64,000 nt of DNA from Amoebidium appalachense (Eukaryota > Protista > Ichthyosporea), in NCBI GenBank assembly GCA_963693365.1, contig CAVNZM010000003.1, positions 1,948,768 to 2,012,767 of the forward strand, in the 5' to 3' direction. The position numbers and the translations under genes are program-made. Below are positions 60,309 through 64,000 of the stretch, one piece after another (the first letter of the stretch is position 1; each line of letters starts with the position of its first letter). The notes below the pieces were generated by a model. It worked only from the letters and a program-made list of their open reading frames with translations. It did no database searches and was not told the DNA's origin.

Positions 60309-62342
60309 ATGGGAGCCACGAAAAACGGCCTTGTGTGGCCATTTTTCTCCCTGCTACACAAACCAATCCGATTTTTCTTGCTTCTTTCACTCGTTTTGGC
60401 CGTTCAAATTCAAACTGCGTTTAGTGCACGATGGCCCATTGTGCCCAAAGGGGTGACCTGGTCTCTGCGTGCATGGTGCCCTCCTGGGGAACGATGCTCA
60501 AAATCCTCAATCGACGGGATGAAGGTAAGCCAGGAAACTTTGCCTGTTTTTTTTTTCTCTTGAAGAGCTTTTTTAAAAACCTGGTTGGTGCGTGAAAATA
60601 GACGCACGTGTGTATGTGTGTGTGCGTGCTGTGTGGTGTGTGGCTGACATGCTTCATGATGGATCGTGTGCACTATCAAGCTGATGAAAGTTTCCATGTC
60701 TAGTAGTTGGGTGATAAGTACACGTTACCTCTTCATTGTAAGATGCGTCAGTCCGTGACTGGGTCCAACTGTGTGTACGTGTGTGTATTCTGCGCACAGG
60801 TTTTTTGCGTGGGCGCGTGCCTAGCGCTACAGAAAGCCCTATGCTCGTGGGAATATGTGTTGAAGAAAGGAGGGGGGTGGGGGGTGGAGAGAGAGATAGA
60901 TAGATAGATAGACAGAGAGGTAGAGAGACTCCCTGTTTACTCAGATAAGATTTTTACCCATTATCAGGTAGTAGATGTGGACCTTTTTGACACCACACCG
61001 GCACAAATCCGCTCCATGGCCAACGACGGGCACATTGTCATCTGCTACTTTGGTGGGGGTGTCTACGAGTACGAGAACAGACGTCCAGACGACCAAGCTT
61101 TCCAGAAGGCCAAGAACAAGGTGTGTGCGTTCGGTTTTTTAAGTCTTTTCTGGAACTGATTGACTCTCGGGCCCTCTCTCATTTTCTCTCTGCCTCATCT
61201 CACCCTCTCTCTTCCCCTCACCCATCCACCCTCCCCACCACCCACCCCCACCCGGAACACACTCACACAGACACTCCTCTTGTTGCACCTCTCTTGCTTC
61301 CTTTTTAATGTTGAAGTCCCTTATTGATATATACCCTTCGCATTAGAATTACTGCACCTGTTCTGGTCCGTTAAGTTAAACTTTCACGAGCTCAAGTGTG
61401 GGCTATTTGTGGTTTTCTGCAAAGCTAGTGGGCCTTGTGATTCCACACGTTGACTTCTCACCTTTCACACAATCCAAGCACACCGAAAAGCAAGCGGTTG
61501 TGAATAGATTACCATTTCAAGCAAATCGGCTAATGCAGAACCAGAAATCTAATCTAACATCCACACACACCTCTTCTAGGTTTTTGGCAAGACACTCAAG
61601 GAATGGCCCAACATCTGGTTGGACGTTCGGCAACTGGAAACCATGAAATCCCTCATGGCACCTCGCGTGCGCTTGGCGGCACAGAAGGGGTGCATGGGGA
61701 TAGAGCCGGACTGCATGGATTGCTGGCAAAACGACTGCGTGGAAAAGCAGAACCAGACGGAGATGTTTGAGGCACAGATCAAGTACAACACCTGGATGGT
61801 GCGTGAAACCTTCTCTCACCTTTTCCCGTAAATTTCAAAATTTAAATTCTCATTTTTTTTAATAATAAATATCTTCAACATTCTATAAATTATCAGTATT
61901 TTTTCCCAGTATACTTGAGATTGTAAATGAACTGTGACGGCTTCAGAAACAAACCCCTTTCTGGATTAGCCTTACTATTCAGTGGCCTTGTAGCACATAG
62001 GAAAACGGTGACGCTTCTTAAGTTAAATTTCATAGGCTCTTCCATTGGTTTAAAATGGCTGTTCAAAAAACCCGCTTTCTGAAATGAGCTCGGCTGAGCC
62101 ACTTAATTAGTCAGTGGTCTACTGGCATGGAAACGTTCACTCTGTGAAACGCTTGGCTAGAGATTACATGTGCAAACTTACGAGGCCAGGAGTTTTAAGA
62201 AGACATTTATGCATGGTGTCTCTGTGCTTGTTTGTGAATGGTTCACATGGCGTGGGTCTAGGTTTTACTAGGGGGTCGGTGGTGGTGGTGGTGGCTGATG
62301 GGGGGAAGGGGGGAGGGGCGGAGAAGAGGGTGAGTGAGTATG

Positions 62343-62405
<63 letters not shown>

Positions 62406-62764
62406 CCATTGAAGCTGGGTGTGTTGGGGTTGCGTGCGTGTGTGCGCTTCAGTTATTTTCTCTTTAAATGTTTATGCCATCATCGGACAACGATGGACAA
62501 CGGTGGACTCCTGATAAACTTTCTTACATAAAATACAAATAAAAATAACATTAACCGCTTTCATGTGCAGGCAGACTATGCTCACAGCCTGGGGCTGGCG
62601 ATTGGCCTAAAGAACGATCTTATGCAGGCCAGCCGTCTATCAGCAATCTACGACTTTGCCGTAAATGAGGTGGGCTGGGATGACTGTTTGCAGTCTTATT
62701 TAGGTGTCTGAATCATGCTAGTTTTTCATTTTTGTCCCCCACAACATCCCTCCTCCCCCCCCCA

Positions 62765-62802
<38 letters not shown>

Positions 62803-63071
62803 CTGTGTCCTGCCCACATATGTCGCTGTGGAAAGTAAAATAGTTCGCACAGTGCATTACAAACTTTCCTATTACGAGCATGGGGTACGCACCACGCTCA
62901 AACACCGTTTACGGTTGAGTCCCTTCCTCGGTCCCTCTTCCAACTCGGGATCCCTCTCCCCCCTCTCCCCCCTCCCCCCTCCCCCCTTCCCCCCCTCCTC
63001 TCGCCTCCCCTTGCTTTCCACCCTCTAAACGCAATTTCTCTCTCCGAGGTCTCTCTCTCCCCTCCATCCCC

Positions 63072-63102
<31 letters not shown>

Positions 63103-63217
63103 ACCTCCTCCCCCTCCGCCCCTCTCCCCCAAGCCAGGATATTGAAAACCAGGTATCCGCATGCTGCTTAAAGCTCTCTACAGCCAAAATCATCAGCCCC
63201 CCCCGTCTCCGCCCCCA

Positions 63218-63261
<44 letters not shown>

Positions 63262-63321
63262 ACCTTCTCCCCTCCCATCCGCCCGCCCCTTTGCTCATTC
63301 CTCTCCCTTCCTCCTCCCTCC

Positions 63322-63382
<61 letters not shown>

Positions 63383-63901
63383 ACACACAAAAAAAAAAAG
63401 AAAAAAACAAAAAAAAAAAAAACAAACCCTGCCCGTCCCCATGATACTAACCCTTCCCCCAACCAGCGTTGCACCGAGTACCAAGAATGCAAATACGTCC
63501 TCCCGTTCCTCAACCAAGGCAAAGCCGTGCTGGGAACGGAATATTCCGGCGTGTTCCTGAAAGCTTGCGAGCAGTCCGCACAGATGGGCATGTCGACAAA
63601 ATACGGCGTGGAAGGGCGGTGGTACAACTGCAACGAGAAGAAATCAATGCCGGCAACAAAATGGACGTCGACAAACGGGGGTGCGCTGAATGGTGTCAAG
63701 GCCCAGTCTGTTGGAGGTGGGGGTAATCCGCTTATTGTAGGCAGTTCGAACCCTGTTTCGACATCATATGACGGTGGGCCAGTGAATGGTGTCTTGGGGG
63801 TCGGGGTGTGGCCACTGATAAAGCCAGGAACGGGGTTTGGAATACGGACCAGTTGCGCAAATGACAGCTCGTGCGAAAGTGATGGCGGCCCAAATGACAA
63901 G
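60309..63901 (+). CDS. Second multi-domain GH114 gene (tandem paralogue), 5' part; exons 60309-60524, 60968-61120, 61580-61798, 62571-62669, 63467-63901; continues beyond the window
   Basis: Signal/anchor peptide, then VDVDLFD..GHIVICYFGGG.YE...RPD, WLDVR, KGCMGIEPDCMD, YAHSLGLAIGLKNDL.Q, DFAVNE/RCTEYQEC and PFLNQGKAVLGTEY. The exon ends with the start of a second domain (WPLIKPGTGFGIRTSC). Confidence 0.9.
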
Positions 63902-63932
63902 GTGGGTTAGGCGGGGGGGGGGGGGGGGGGGG

Positions 63933-63963
<31 letters not shown>

Positions 63964-64000
63964 AAGGGTTAAGGGGGTAATTTGACGTCCGGCAATCATT

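Overview
Eukaryotic, very intron-rich genomic DNA with GT-AG introns full of poly-C/poly-G, (CA)n/(GT)n and (CT)n tracts. Gene content suggests a unicellular opisthokont or fungus-like organism (e.g. an ichthyosporean), but that is inference only. Almost all ORFs in the supplied track are microsatellite artefacts, so I rebuilt the real genes exon by exon. They are: the 3' part of a carnosine N-methyltransferase (CARNMT1-like); an intronless small membrane protein carrying ESCRT late-domain-like motifs; an intronless 852-aa protein with ten C-x-H-x6-C-x2-C repeats; a secreted trypsin-like protease with a C-terminal hevein/CBM18 domain; a 15-exon FEN1; and two tandem GH114 (endo-alpha-1,4-polygalactosaminidase) genes. 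The first GH114 gene encodes a type I membrane protein with three GH114 domains, one apparently catalytically dead. Non-coding highlights are an intronic, sense-oriented, 5'-truncated repeat family with covarying RNA stems that ends at poly-C, a 187-bp near-perfect hairpin, a MITE-like element and an array of palindromic motifs. Three frameshifts in homopolymer runs inside otherwise intact genes point to assembly errors.
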